DNA of 63,535 nt, filler included, from Vannella sp. (lineage: Eukaryota): the NCBI GenBank assembly GCA_023345925.1. It is 6 parts of 6 records of this genome, joined end to end, with 100 filler letters (N's around TTAATTAATTAA, not from the genome) between each part and the next. Parts side by side here need not be neighbours in the genome. Positions count along the whole stretch, not along the records: positions 1 to 18,353 come from JAJQQN010000440.1; positions 18,454 to 33,772 come from JAJQQN010000362.1; 4 more parts are not named here. One strand, 5' to 3'. The notes below the pieces were generated by a model, which had not been told where the DNA came from, did no database searches, and saw only the letters and a program-made list of their open reading frames with translations. This document shows positions 12,101 to 22,086 of this stretch, piece by piece (within the stretch, counting starts at the first letter, position 1; each line of letters begins with the position of its first letter). The translations under genes and the position numbers were made by a program.

Positions 12101-15100
12101 TATCTAACTCCTCCCACTGAGACAGTGTCTGGAAGTGCCACTCCACACGCCCATTAATGTTTGCCATGGGAAACTGAATAAGCTCTCCGCTGATGGGAAG
12201 AGAGCGAATAAGTGGAGACGCTTCAGAAGGCTGTGGTCCTTTGGGGTACGGAATAAAATCCGTTTGAGTCCGGACTACTGGCAAAGAGAAATTCCTTTTT
12301 CCGAACACAGGAAGCTTGAATGTTGTTCGCAAGGAATGAACCATATCTGAGTATATATCTGATATGTAAACAACGCTACTGAGAGCCAGGTGGGAAGGAT
12401 TCAAAAGAAGATCGTCAGAAGACTGGAGGATTGCCTGGAAGATGCTAGGCTGGGTGCTAGGAAGAGGTCCTACACAATCTCTGATGGACTCAATCACTTT
12501 GAGGAAGCGTTGAATAGCTCGAACAAGATGAGAATAAGCTGAAGATGAGCTTTGAGTCAACCATTCCTGGGTAGAGGCAATAGTACGCTCCAAATTCTCA
12601 ACTGCTTTCTCAAACAGGCCAAGACCAAATGCGTTGAGAAACTTGAAGCCAGGCTTTGCAGTGAAAGGGGGGTCCATTGGCCCCAGTGGAGATATAAGAT
12701 ATAAGAACAGCTGCCAGTGAAGAATGTAAGGAGTCCACTTGTCACAGTCCAAGAAAGTGGTGGATTGCTTGGGCTCAGAGGGTGTAAAGCAACTTTGGAA
12801 CGACCAAAGAACAAGGAAATCTGCTACTGGATTGATGGTAAAGTGGGGGAGGTTATACTTTCTCTCCATTCGGCTGGTGAAGTCTTTCAAAGATTTTTTG
12901 CCCAGAGGTAGACTTACCAACTCTGTGCATAGTGTTTTCCACTGAACCTTTTGGCGGACACTTTCCAGCCAGAGCATATGGAATGTGACCCAAGGATAAC
13001 GCTGCTTATCGAGTGGATTGTCAGGATAGGAACGATAGAATTTGAACTCTGGTTGCTTTGGAGGTTTGATGAACTCAAAGAGATAGGTTTGGAGGACCTG
13101 AAATCGGTCAATAAGGGAAGCTGCTTCAAGAATCCTATTAAATAAGGTCAGTTTTGTCTCCGAACTAAAGCCAGGGGTGGCTTGTTGCAACCAAAAGCGG
13201 ATCTCTGTATCAATGCTGGACTCTTCTCGACGTTGTATGATAAGCTTGCTTATCAGCAGACCGATCTGACTTGTATCCAAATGCTCAGAGGAAGAAATTT
13301 GCTTCAGGAATCCATTCTGCAACAACAAAGGAACTTGACCATCCATCCAATTACCAGAGCTATCCCGCTTTGAAAGCACAATTTTGTCCTTCCCTTGAAC
13401 GATCAAGTGAGGTAGCAAGTCGTGCAAAAGGCGCCCGAGAGCTGGTTGGTATTGAAACTTCTGCGAAAAGGGTTCAAGTTGTGCTATCTTGAAAATTGAA
13501 GGGTCTCGACCCAAGTCGGACAACTGAAGTAAGATGTAACGGAGAAGGTAAGAGCTGGGAGAGTTGGGAGAGTTTTGAACAAAGTCCCTGATAGAAGAAG
13601 TTTGTCCAGAATCCAGTTTCAAACTAGGCTCAGACGGGTTTCCACAGCTATCAGAGAAAGTCAATTGAAGGAGAATTCGCCAGGAGAGGGCCTCAAGTTC
13701 ATCAACGCCAGCAATGTCCATCTTTTGCATAAAACGCTTCTTCTTACTCTTCCGAAGTTCCCAAAAGACGTAGACTCGCCCAACCATCAGAGCAATGTGG
13801 CTTTGTATGGCTGTCGACAAGGAGCTATTCTGTTTTTCTGCGGCATTTCCTGAAGGGTACCCATATGGAAGTTGCTCTAATACAATAGCTGCAAGATAGA
13901 ACGGGGTTCCCTCCTCCTTCATCCAAGACTCGAGCAGCTCCATGTCAGAGAGGGTTGGATAAAAAAAGTACCAAGGCATTGTTTCTGTGATTCGGATGCC
14001 TCCTTGGCCAAGTTTGCCGATGTGTTGCGCCAAAATACGGAGAAAAGCGGATAGTAAAACGGAGTGGGGTCGCTCTACAATCCTGGCGAAATAGCGCAGG
14101 AGGACTGGATAACATTGAGTTCGCGTTTGAGGATTCACAAGTCCAAATAGAACCAGCTCCTCTATTATTACTTCTGCCAAGGCGACATCGCTCCACTTGG
14201 CCAATTCTACCAGAGCCATGATGCAGTAAACTGGAGAGTCTGATGAGGAAAGATGTCGAGCGATATCCTCTCGGGCCATTGCATAATCTCCGACAAACTC
14301 TCTCCACTCAGCAGTCGTCAGAATAGACACTTTTCGATAGACTTTCTCTTGCCAAAGAGATCTTGGAATACGGAAGAGCAATGAAAAGACGCTCCACCTG
14401 ATTTCCTCTGACATGGAGTGGAATGGCAATGTTGCAAGAAACTGTCCAACATTCCGCCCTGGATGGAAAACTAAAAGGAATACACATTTGTAAAGGACGT
14501 TCACCAGCTTTTCGCTTTGAAAATCGACGGGTAACTCGCTGATAAACCTAACGAGGCACAAAGTCGCTTTTGCTAAGAGCAAACTACTCTGTTCTAGAAG
14601 CTTAAAGGTCTCCAAACCAAACCATAAGAGCTCTACTAAGGAATTGGTCCATTTCCATAAGTACAAGGTACCACTTTGCTGGACTGGGAACTTGCCAACT
14701 GCCTCCATGAAAGAGCAAACAGGAAACTGCTCCAAAAGGCAAGAAAGATCCAAGTCGTTAACAGACAATGGGGCCCTGTGGAGAATCGTGCCTAACATAG
14801 AGATGAAGTGAGCCAGAGCAACCCCACTGGGCTCATTCAGAGGGGGAAACTGAATCAAAGAAGCACAAGGCCAATCCTGTAGCATCGGAGTGTGCACCAT
14901 GAGCACAGCAAGCTCTTGTAGCTCTGTTGTGTTGCCATTTCGAAGGAAGATGCCGCCCATCTTCAAAATGAGAGCGCGGAGATCTGCAAAAAACCTCTTA
15001 CTCTTCATGCGTTCATGGGCAGGAGCCATGCGCTCGAAGTAAAATAGCACTTGGAGAAGTAACATCAGCTCTTCCATCTCTCCCTGGTAGGAAGAGTCCC

Positions 15101-16331
15101 TGTATGTCGTTTTAATCCCCATCACCGATAAGGTTTCAGGGGCATATTGGATATGAGAGGAAGTTTGAATGAATTCCTCGAGGAAGAGAGAGACTTCCTC
15201 CCTCGAAATACGCCGAATGTACGCGGAAGGCAGAATCCGTTGCTCCAAAAAGGCGCGAACTTCTCTCTGGCATTTAACCAGTTGGGCCAAATTGGAAGGC
15301 GAAAGAGCTGCTCGTGTTGTCCCTACTTCCACTAACTTGAGTGCCTTTCCACATTGACAATTTCCGCCGCTCACAGCCCGTTTCTCTCCGGCAGATAGAG
15401 TCCAAACAACCTTCGTCAAATCAGCATGCTTCTTTTGAACATCTTTGAAGCAGCCGCTGCTCTGTTGATACTCAGTCTCCGCTTCAAGCGACTTCATCAG
15501 AAGATAGAAAAGAGGGTGGTCATCCGGTGGGGCTTGAAGAACTGTCGAAGTGTCTTTCTCAGAGCTTTTCGCCCTCACCAAGGGATCTTCCCCTCTTGGC
15601 TTCTCTAATGAAAGCGAGAAGATCTTCTCCGCAACAGGTAAACTATTCAGCTCTATACCAGGATACGAGATTGTCAGGGATGCATCCCGCATAGGCGAGA
15701 GATACTGCGCTGGCATCTCGAAGGAGATCTCTTCTTCCACGGGAAAGGATTCTTCTTGAGCGGGTCTGGTTTGGACGAGAGAGATCAGGCGCGTTGTTCT
15801 TTGTGTATAAGAGGGGGCGGGGGTGTCTTGAAACACCTCCTTTTCCATCTCAGCCGGTGGGCTCAGAGAGATATCGCTCTCGAGCAGGACTTCTGGCACT
15901 ACTGGACTACTTTTGGTAAGAGACATTAGACGAGGGAAAGCTTCTTCTATAGAAAAGGAGATGGGAGCTTCCGGGGCTGCCTCAGGGAGCTCGTCTGATC
16001 GCCAAGCCGCCATCAACCTTTCCTCCAAGGGCTCGGTCAGCGCTACCTCAGAGGCATGAGCAACCAGAGCTTCTTCTTCTCTTTCAATAGGTGCTACTGG
16101 ATCTGCCTCTATCCTGCCCTCTTCCACGCTTGTAACTTCTCCAGCACGTTCTATCACTGTCAGGAGAGAGACAGGCGCTCCCACCACGTCCAAAGGCACA
16201 ATCGGAAGCAGCACTTTGATTTCTTCCGTTGATAGAACACTCAAAGCCTCCGCCAAAGGAAAGGGAGCAGGAACCCTTCCCTTTGGTCCACTCTCCACGG
16301 CCCGAGGGATCTCTCGATACGCCTCGGCCAT
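9135..16331 (-). CDS. EPG5: Large helical protein, probable EPG5 (autophagosome-lysosome tether) homolog
   Basis: Intronless ORF of about 2400 aa (likely start MAEAY at 16331). Size, acidic N-terminus, CxCG motif and C-terminal LAEDK.GSLFGLG..S.LS pattern resemble EPG5. Recognised by recall, not searched. Confidence 0.6.
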   Translation of the reverse strand: MAEAYREIPRAVESGPKGRVPAPFPLAEALSVLSTEEIKVLLPIVPLDVVGAPVSLLTVIERAGEVTSVEEGRIEADPVAPIEREEEALVAHASEVALTEPLEERLMAAWRSDELPEAAPEAPISFSIEEAFPRLMSLTKSSPVVPEVLLESDISLSPPAEMEKEVFQDTPAPSYTQRTTRLISLVQTRPAQEESFPVEEEISFEMPAQYLSPMRDASLTISYPGIELNSLPVAEKIFSLSLEKPRGEDPLVRAKSSEKDTSTVLQAPPDDHPLFYLLMKSLEAETEYQQSSGCFKDVQKKHADLTKVVWTLSAGEKRAVSGGNCQCGKALKLVEVGTTRAALSPSNLAQLVKCQREVRAFLEQRILPSAYIRRISREEVSLFLEEFIQTSSHIQYAPETLSVMGIKTTYRDSSYQGEMEELMLLLQVLFYFERMAPAHERMKSKRFFADLRALILKMGGIFLRNGNTTELQELAVLMVHTPMLQDWPCASLIQFPPLNEPSGVALAHFISMLGTILHRAPLSVNDLDLSCLLEQFPVCSFMEAVGKFPVQQSGTLYLWKWTNSLVELLWFGLETFKLLEQSSLLLAKATLCLVRFISELPVDFQSEKLVNVLYKCVFLLVFHPGRNVGQFLATLPFHSMSEEIRWSVFSLLFRIPRSLWQEKVYRKVSILTTAEWREFVGDYAMAREDIARHLSSSDSPVYCIMALVELAKWSDVALAEVIIEELVLFGLVNPQTRTQCYPVLLRYFARIVERPHSVLLSAFLRILAQHIGKLGQGGIRITETMPWYFFYPTLSDMELLESWMKEEGTPFYLAAIVLEQLPYGYPSGNAAEKQNSSLSTAIQSHIALMVGRVYVFWELRKSKKKRFMQKMDIAGVDELEALSWRILLQLTFSDSCGNPSEPSLKLDSGQTSSIRDFVQNSPNSPSSYLLRYILLQLSDLGRDPSIFKIAQLEPFSQKFQYQPALGRLLHDLLPHLIVQGKDKIVLSKRDSSGNWMDGQVPLLLQNGFLKQISSSEHLDTSQIGLLISKLIIQRREESSIDTEIRFWLQQATPGFSSETKLTLFNRILEAASLIDRFQVLQTYLFEFIKPPKQPEFKFYRSYPDNPLDKQRYPWVTFHMLWLESVRQKVQWKTLCTELVSLPLGKKSLKDFTSRMERKYNLPHFTINPVADFLVLWSFQSCFTPSEPKQSTTFLDCDKWTPYILHWQLFLYLISPLGPMDPPFTAKPGFKFLNAFGLGLFEKAVENLERTIASTQEWLTQSSSSAYSHLVRAIQRFLKVIESIRDCVGPLPSTQPSIFQAILQSSDDLLLNPSHLALSSVVYISDIYSDMVHSLRTTFKLPVFGKRNFSLPVVRTQTDFIPYPKGPQPSEASPLIRSLPISGELIQFPMANINGRVEWHFQTLSQWEELDKSLAGILNKLFAYMKVPTELTFQCRSQRCPPTLRVVPIDTMAIPNDTLTSRANVEKAIQSIISENQKDEKHFESFYARALQLRCTLKRLQQLLNQHERQAGTSFEEPAVFRALFANAESIFITLLESVTERSGRFIPVRHLLIDGLRQLESTVLSQSPRLIHIYQILLADPFRAQLCREMFYPMSNIDYFIPLFEVVLQRTSTNNNETNDYLRACLDEERWLSLLSLSQTTPCDHPSYVECVKLLKMVCSNRHQQAPSFKRILSHHFPLFFLPALDCVIAGSGKNTIGNDTWSCFLQMIQPGGQPLHPSVIIQASTVIKEILLGFRQTGSLYGSIWRDQMENISTLHQHLSDRLFRLQNPDLCPPYAFEYLGNLFVPWIGNLLILQSRTPTAWTESESPEAGPFINTFLKQVGRLAQLFPLEVARITGLLWNFIVSYWIPSHAIHQWKVYQMELMRREMLPYWEAFTDWASFAEVMGGVCTSHLLQPPTPAVFFFNYMIGIASRAFDNRNPTIPQFFLPLLALYHSQTYPIPTEVKSYMEELVKEISWSNLSAESYGKMLESPIISSIVTYLYRPGQIRSLRLSSPVQSDVLARAKSYQFYFFLESLKGPWTMKDKQQALSDERYRDYFSCMNCFAHFLVEWMARCPVQPPELVPVIHESLEKLAAEVAEHSQTSLRIVGPLLVIECSRVLLKVLSMPVWEGFGASLLQTIMEPHSAKFVLWACTQELRFPLALLPSICERALFRHFEKGGSWADILGQFVVPTDFPHREFQNLASKGCGLVLYCYFIPRLGSSRTGPGASVAILYEAWETVLRFVPSRESGEQVALFLFFMILDELLQLINIFGCLDPSLKQLISAIMDTSCQLAEDKQGSLFGLGGVASTLSPSARLSYRAIHLFLLLQVDRVTGSLLTRPVKEKLLRQSSKDLTVLEKKADYAALVPVIGSLNQFLLSCEGNSFKQTRTFRNYLFTSLFQPATPFTQNAFCGAPL

Positions 16332-16462
16332 GTCCAACAAATAATGTTTTCCACAACCCAACGAATATCCCTTGACCCAGACCCGAGTTTGAGAGTCGGC
16401 CGCTGATTGGTGGAGACGCCCATGCGGGAATGGCTCTGTTTTGGTTATTCCTTGTTCCTGTC

Positions 16463-18330
16463 ATGTCTGGCCCTACTGCTGCTGATAGGAGCCATGTGAA
16501 CCGCATCTTGACCTCACTGATGGATGCCAATGAGGTTCAGAGCTCGTTGGCAAGCCAGTGGGAAGCGATGGTCAATAGTTCTGGTATCAACGCTAGTGAG
16601 ATGGAGTCGAACCCTCAGGCTATCATGAACGCACTCAAGTTCCAACAGAGGCTTTTTGATAACCAAGGGAAGCTGAACAGTGAGTCCTCGGCCTCCTGAC
16701 CTTCTCATGACTCACTCCCCTTCCTTGCTCAGAAACACAGTACGCGCCACGGGGCGGATTAAGAACCAGAGCAGCTCCTAGAGGAGGTGCGAATGTGACA
16801 CAAAGATGGGGGAGCCCAACGACCACTGCAAGAGGAGCTCGTGGCGGCCTCGCTCCTCGCGGAGCTCCCCTCCCTCGAGGAGCAAACTCTCCTCGCGCCA
16901 GAGCAAGCCCTAGAGGTGCTCAGCCCAATTATTCTCCTGCAGGCTCTCCCAGAGGAGCACCGCGTGGTGCTCCTAGAGGGAGGGTAGCCTCCCCCCAAGG
17001 GAGTGCGAGAGGAGCCCCTCAAGGACCTCTCCGAGCGCGTGGATTCCCTCGTGGAATGCCGAATGTAAATCCGCGAGGAGCTCCACGGGGAGCTCCAGGA
17101 ACTCCAAACGGGTCGTTCCGCGCTCGTGGCACCCGAGGGAGCCCAGGTGGCCCCACACGAACTCCCACTCCCCCTCCAAAGCCAGTCATCGAAGTCCCCA
17201 TTCCTCCCGCCAAACCACGTTCGTAGTCCTCTCTTTCTTGATGTGATGATACTGAGTGCCCCATAGTAACCATCAGCGAGATTGTCAACAAGGAGAACCC
17301 GCGCCTTCGATATAAGGACTTTGTGGAGTGTGGCCGAGGGTCGGTTGCTCCTAAACAGTCGCAAAGTAAACGCTCGCCCCTTCTAGAACCTCAGGAGTGG
17401 TGTATATGGCGACTGACTCGAAGACACAAGAGCAAGTGGCCATTAAGGAGATGATACTCGACGAGCAGCCCAACAAGGAGATCATTATCAACGAGATCCT
17501 CCTCATGCGCGATTGTAACCACCGTGCAATCGTCAACTTTATCGACAGCTACCTTGTGGATGGCGCTCTTTGGGTTGTGATGGAGTTCGTGGATGGATGT
17601 GACTTGACTCAATTGGTGGAGGTGTGTCATCCGATGGCGGAAGATCACATCGCTGCTGTCACGCACGAAGTCCTGGCGGGTTTGGACCACCTTCACCAAA
17701 AGGGAATTATCCATCGCGACATTAAGAGTGACAATGTGATGGTCTCCAAGTCCGGCCGCCTCAAGATTAGTGAGCCATCAGAGCGCTTATCAGTAGACTT
17801 CAACTAACGTTCTGTTCCAGCTGACTTTGGATACGGAGCGCAACTCACACAAGAGCAATCACGGAGGCAAACGGTGGTGGGCACTCCTTTCTGGATGGCA
17901 CCGGAAGTCATCCAAGATGATTGCGAGTACAACGAATCGGCGGATATTTGGAGCACTGGGGTGATGTGCATCGAAATGATTGACGGACTGCCCCCTTACA
18001 TGGACGGAACCCCTCCTCTTCGAGTGAGGTCACTTCCATTACTCTTTGTCTAGGTTCTAACTAGGAGCAGGCACTCTATCTCATCGTATCAGAGGGACTA
18101 CCACCTCCTCGAAACGTGGCGTACATGTCAGAGGACTTTAAGAACTTTTTGGCTCTGTGCACGATGGTGGACCCCACCAAGCGCCCGTCAGCGGCCACTC
18201 TGATGAAGGTTAGTCCTTTTGTCCCCTCTGGCTTACCATCGCTCACTTCAAGTAGCACCCCTTCATCGCCAAACGAGCGAGCAAGGGGTTACCAGGAATT
18301 GCGGGTTTGGTCAGAAAGTCAATCGAATGA
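16463..18330 (+). CDS. PAK/Ste20-family Ser/Thr kinase with Pro-Arg-Gly-rich linker
   Basis: PAK inhibitory segment WEAMVNSSGI..NPQAIMNALKF. Kinase motifs GRGTSGVVY, VAIKEM, KEIIINEI, HRDIKSDN, TDFGY and VGTPFWMAPE. Introns at 16680-16732, 17219-17266, 17340-17386, 17770-17820, 18024-18070 and about 18209-18255. Confidence 0.9.
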
Positions 18331-18353
18331 GCAGACAGCCTTGTTCTCTGCTA

Positions 18354-18453
18354 NNNNNNNNNNNNNNNNNNNNNNNNNNNNNNNNNNNNNNNNNNNNTTA
18401 ATTAATTAANNNNNNNNNNNNNNNNNNNNNNNNNNNNNNNNNNNNNNNNNNNN
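18354..18453. other. Artificial contig linker (N44-TTAATTAATTAA-N44)
   Basis: Identical 100-nt linker with six-frame stops, also at 33773, 47641, 55945 and 60244. Confidence 0.97.
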
Positions 18454-18830
18454 AATGAGTGGGTACAGGTCCCTTTCCCTGAACGTTTCTTCCTCTCACA
18501 AAGAAAAGGAGGAAACGAGGAGGGAAGGGGAGTTACCCAAGCAAAAGGGCTCGTGTGTCTCTCTCTAGAGAGACCATGGTTTGGGAGAAAAGTCAGTTGA
18601 GTCCAGAGACAGCTCGTGTCCAGAGCAAACGAACAACTGGTCATCCTCAACTTGTTCGTGTGCTGTTGAGCACAGTGCTGGTTGCGGGGCAGCATTGGCA
18701 GGGACCAGGGTTTCAAGGTTTAGGTTTTCAGTCATATGGAGCGAGTTACGGGCTGCTGTGACAGGGTGAAGGTCGAAGAATACAAACCCAAAAGCGAATT
18801 TCTCTCTCCACAAAAAAAGCTATCATATCA

Positions 18831-20357
18831 TTATTGTGTATTTATTGATCGAGAACCGAACCCAAGTTTCCGAAGAAGCGAAAGTTCCAGCATGGCAGCT
18901 TCATTAAACAGCCACTGCTTCTGTAGCTCTTGAACCGCGACCTGCTGGATGAGAGAAGAGACTTTGAGTTTTTCCCAAAGAATGTGACGAATGCATTCCT
19001 TCCTCGGGTATCGGCAATGCTGGGAGAAGCTCTCATCCAATGGAAACCCGCACACCACTCCTTTACTGTTGGCCTTGGCTGTCTGGACGATACTGTGAGA
19101 AAACCAGTCCAACAGCAATCAGGCATTCTTTACCTGAGCGCGAGCATGTTCTTGATGGAGATGGCAGCAGGCTTTGGCACGATAACAGTAACTACGTGTG
19201 CGAGGGATAAAGTGGTTGCAGAGAAGAACAGTCGGTGTATCGTCGATGATGTTCCTCGGAATCTGGTAACTTTCATTGTTCTTGGTCTATACCACTCCAA
19301 TTAGTGCCATTCCGATGTCAGAACCTTTGTATCTCACCTTGGCCATGCATTGGTCAATGTGGCGAATGTACTTGGGTACAGTGACGGGATGCCCACACGA
19401 AGGGCAGTCAAAATAGTCTCCATTCCTCTTATCCTCATGGGACTTGACCACTTCATGAGCTCAGGGACAAAATACACAAGAACAACTTACTGGCGGGTCG
19501 CTATCCAAAGGAAGGTCGGCCACAGTCGTGATATACTGCTCCAACCGTTGCCGAGCCTCTTCGAGCTCTTTGATCTGCGAGTCACTTGCGGTGATCGAAG
19601 CATGGATCCTCTCTATCTCTTTGAGCTCCACAACGTAGGTTTGGGCTTGGTAAAGAGATAGGCCACAAGGTAGACCTTTGGCGCTCTCCAGCTCCTGCTC
19701 ATGAAGTGGGGGGATCTGGTGCTCAAGAAGGAGATGAGGTTGGTCACGTTGGAGGAACGCCACGAACTCCAGGCGCATTTGCTGGTACAAAGCGGAGCGT
19801 TCAGCGTTTTGTCGGAGTCGTTTGATGATCTCCCGGTTGCGTAGCTTCAGCCTGGTCACTTCCAGACCGCATTCGTTCTTGCAGTAGAGAGAGCCGGGTC
19901 GCGCCCATCCTTTGCATCCTTCCAGCGTGCAAGGCGCCCTCACGGGTTTAGAAGCTTGTAGTAGAGCCGCTTGCTCTGCAGCTAAGCGCTCTTGTTGTTC
20001 TCTCTCTATTCTACGGCGCTCTTTTCTTGCTTCCTCTTCCTTCTGGAGACAAGCATCGCACTTGTAGTGCTTGATGCTCTTCGCCTTCTCGATGGTGAGG
20101 CTGACACAGGGAAGATGGAACCATTCATTGCATGCCTCGCACTCAATCATGGGGATATCAGGGTTGTTTGGCTTCCTGCACGTGCAGTACACGGAGGTAT
20201 CCTTCTCCCCCTTCTCTTTCTTCACCCTTCGCGCTGGTTCCTTCTTTACCATCTTTCGAGGCGTTTCCCTCTCCTTGCTTGACCTCAATAGTCGCTTCCG
20301 TGTCCCTGTAGTGTCCAGAGCCCATTCCCCCTCCTCCAAGGGCTTGCTCGGCTCCAT
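18831..20357 (-). CDS. CXXC1: COMPASS subunit Spp1/CFP1 (CXXC1)-like PHD-finger protein
   Basis: PHD finger YCTCRKPNNPDIPMIECEACNEWFHLPCV, SLYCKNECG, and C-terminal VCGFPL..CRYPRKECIRHILWEKL. Three introns join ORFs 19461..20480 and 18831..19118. Confidence 0.85.
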
Positions 20358-20401
20358 CCCTGCCCAAAATGACCAAGAAACTGCCTCGTTTGGAGCTATC
20401 A

Positions 20402-21238
20402 TCATATTGAGGTGATCTGAGGAGGCAAGTAAACGAGATAGGACGGATGCAGAGTCTTTGGACGCCTCACAGGAAGGCACAAGTGGTAGAGGCGTGTCTC
20501 GGAGGGCGTTACCTCCGGGGACTCGGTAGGACGTTGTACCAGGTGTTGACTACAGTCCAGAAACACAAGGTAGTACTCGTTGGGTGCCTTCAGGATCGTA
20601 AAGAAGCTTCCAGGCTTAAAGCGCTTCATGGCGTGTGGATCCGGTCGAGAAAGTCCCCAGAAGTAAGGGACGGTGAGTTGGGGACTCTCTACAGTTGATA
20701 GCGAGTCTATATCAGTAGATCTGTCAGAAGCACGGCCCCAGCCACGGTCTCTCAGGAACAAAGCCACGTCGTGTGACCTTCCTTGCTCTCGTAGGACCAA
20801 CGCGAGGAGCATTTGCTCAGGAAAGTCAGGGAAGAGCTTGCGTAGGAGATAATAGTCCCGTTGAAGTCTCTCTTGTGAGTTCTCTGGAGGTTCCTTGACC
20901 CTCTCGCCACGAGGGGAGGGAGAACCTGAGGGTGTTGAGGGTGTTGAGGGCTTTGTCTTGTGGATGAGTGCCAGGAACCCCATTGTTCGACCACTGGTTG
21001 GACTACGTGCTGGGCTACGAGGTGTTGTTGGTGATGCTTGCACCGAAAGAGAGAGGAAACCAACTGTTTCCCCATCAGTGGAGAGCGAAGACTCCTCCAG
21101 CGATGTCTGGGATGACCTTCTCCTCCACAGAACACTCTCAGAGGTAGACCTATCAGTACCTAATCTCTTTTTCACTGCTCCTGAGCTTGACGAAAGAATA
21201 ATCCTCGGAGGGTGACGCTTCACGCCAAGCGAAGACAT
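20402..21238 (-). CDS. Hypothetical protein: Ser/Pro-rich N-terminus, CUE-like motif, degenerate SH2-like C-terminus
   Basis: LRKLFPDFPEQMLLALVL resembles the CUE FP motif. YFWGLSR..KPGSFFTI..YYLVF...LCLPVRR follows an SH2-like pattern. Likely start MSSLG at 21238. Confidence 0.5.
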   Translation of the reverse strand: MSSLGVKRHPPRIILSSSSGAVKKRLGTDRSTSESVLWRRRSSQTSLEESSLSTDGETVGFLSLSVQASPTTPRSPARSPTSGRTMGFLALIHKTKPSTPSTPSGSPSPRGERVKEPPENSQERLQRDYYLLRKLFPDFPEQMLLALVLREQGRSHDVALFLRDRGWGRASDRSTDIDSLSTVESPQLTVPYFWGLSRPDPHAMKRFKPGSFFTILKAPNEYYLVFLDCSQHLVQRPTESPEVTPSETRLYHLCLPVRRPKTLHPSYLVYLPPQITSI

Positions 21239-21289
21239 CCCCAATGTGAATGAATGCAAGGGACCCGTAAAACAAACTGTTTTATGGAA

Positions 21290-21398
21290 CAAATTGCGGC
21301 CATCAAGATTTGAATTTTCATGGCCGCAATTTGAATAAATTCTCTTAAAGAAAAATGATGAACGCGAATCATTTTTCTTTTGAAGAAAAATGATTCGC
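21290..21398. repeat. Cluster of perfect inverted repeats in an intergenic spacer
   Basis: 14-bp IR CAAATTGCGGCCAT at 21290-21303/21320-21333. AAGAAAAATGAT occurs three times in alternating orientation, giving a 13-bp IR (21347-21380) and a 16-bp IR (21364-21398). Confidence 0.85.
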
Positions 21399-21402
21399 TG
21401 TT

Positions 21403-22005
21403 CTACATGAGACGGCATCTTTTGTCTGCTGAGCTCTCTTGAAGGGGGAGTGCAAGGGTGACGCGAAGAGCTTCCTGCAGGAGTGCTTTTAAACCAGTTT
21501 GAGTGCGAGCGGAGCATTCAAGATACTGGACTGCTTTGATCTTATTGGCGAGTTCTTTGCCTTGGGAATGTTGAATGGGGGCCAGCTTCTTCTCTTGAAG
21601 GCGTTCAGTTGTCTTCCGATCGTCAACCAGATCATGTTTCAGTCCTACCAACAGAAAGGGGACATTGGGACAATGAAGAGTGATCTCCGGAACCCATTTG
21701 TCCTTCACTCTTTCAAAGGACTTGGGGTCAATGAGGGAGAAGCACACCAAGAAGACTTCCGTCCTAGGGTATGCGAGAGGACGGACGGTGTCATGAAGGT
21801 CCGACCCAGCTTCGTCCCACAACTCCAACCAAACCACTTCTTCCGGGATGCCTTCCACCCTCACCCAGGCACCGCGAGGTTGTCCCACCTGTTGGAACGG
21901 GATGTAGTCTCCAGGAAAACAGTGCTCCGTAGCGGTGATAATCATGCTAGTCTTACCCACCTGGTTGTCCCCCACAACAATACACTTAACCTTCCGCCCA
22001 GCCAT
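21403..22005 (-). CDS. Atypical Rac/Rho-family small GTPase
   Basis: KCIVVGDNQVGKT, RPLAYPRTEVFLVCFSL, YLECSA and CAAX box CRLM. Switch motifs are altered. Confidence 0.92.
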   Translation of the reverse strand: MAGRKVKCIVVGDNQVGKTSMIITATEHCFPGDYIPFQQVGQPRGAWVRVEGIPEEVVWLELWDEAGSDLHDTVRPLAYPRTEVFLVCFSLIDPKSFERVKDKWVPEITLHCPNVPFLLVGLKHDLVDDRKTTERLQEKKLAPIQHSQGKELANKIKAVQYLECSARTQTGLKALLQEALRVTLALPLQESSADKRCRLM

Positions 22006-22086
22006 CAGTTCCTCGTTTTGAAAAAATAAGCTTTCTCAAGAAGATCTTTTCATTTTGTCCACAAGTAAGTGAAGCTTGGTGCTTGT

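Noticed and set aside
16745..17160. Repetitive GC-rich tract as a CRISPR array or satellite
   Set aside because: It is the coding PRG repeat of the PAK gene; there is no repeat-spacer structure.
16430..18330. Apparent frameshifts and in-frame stops suggesting an alternative genetic code or pseudogenes
   Set aside because: All are resolved by short GT-AG introns, and TAA, TAG and TGA all serve as true stops.
18354..18453. TTAATTAATTAA within N runs, repeated five times
   Set aside because: Identical synthetic linker, not biological. Adjacency across linkers is meaningless.
18454..18760. Short ORFs at the contig start
   Set aside because: Possibly the 5' end of a truncated minus-strand gene, but no motif supports a call.
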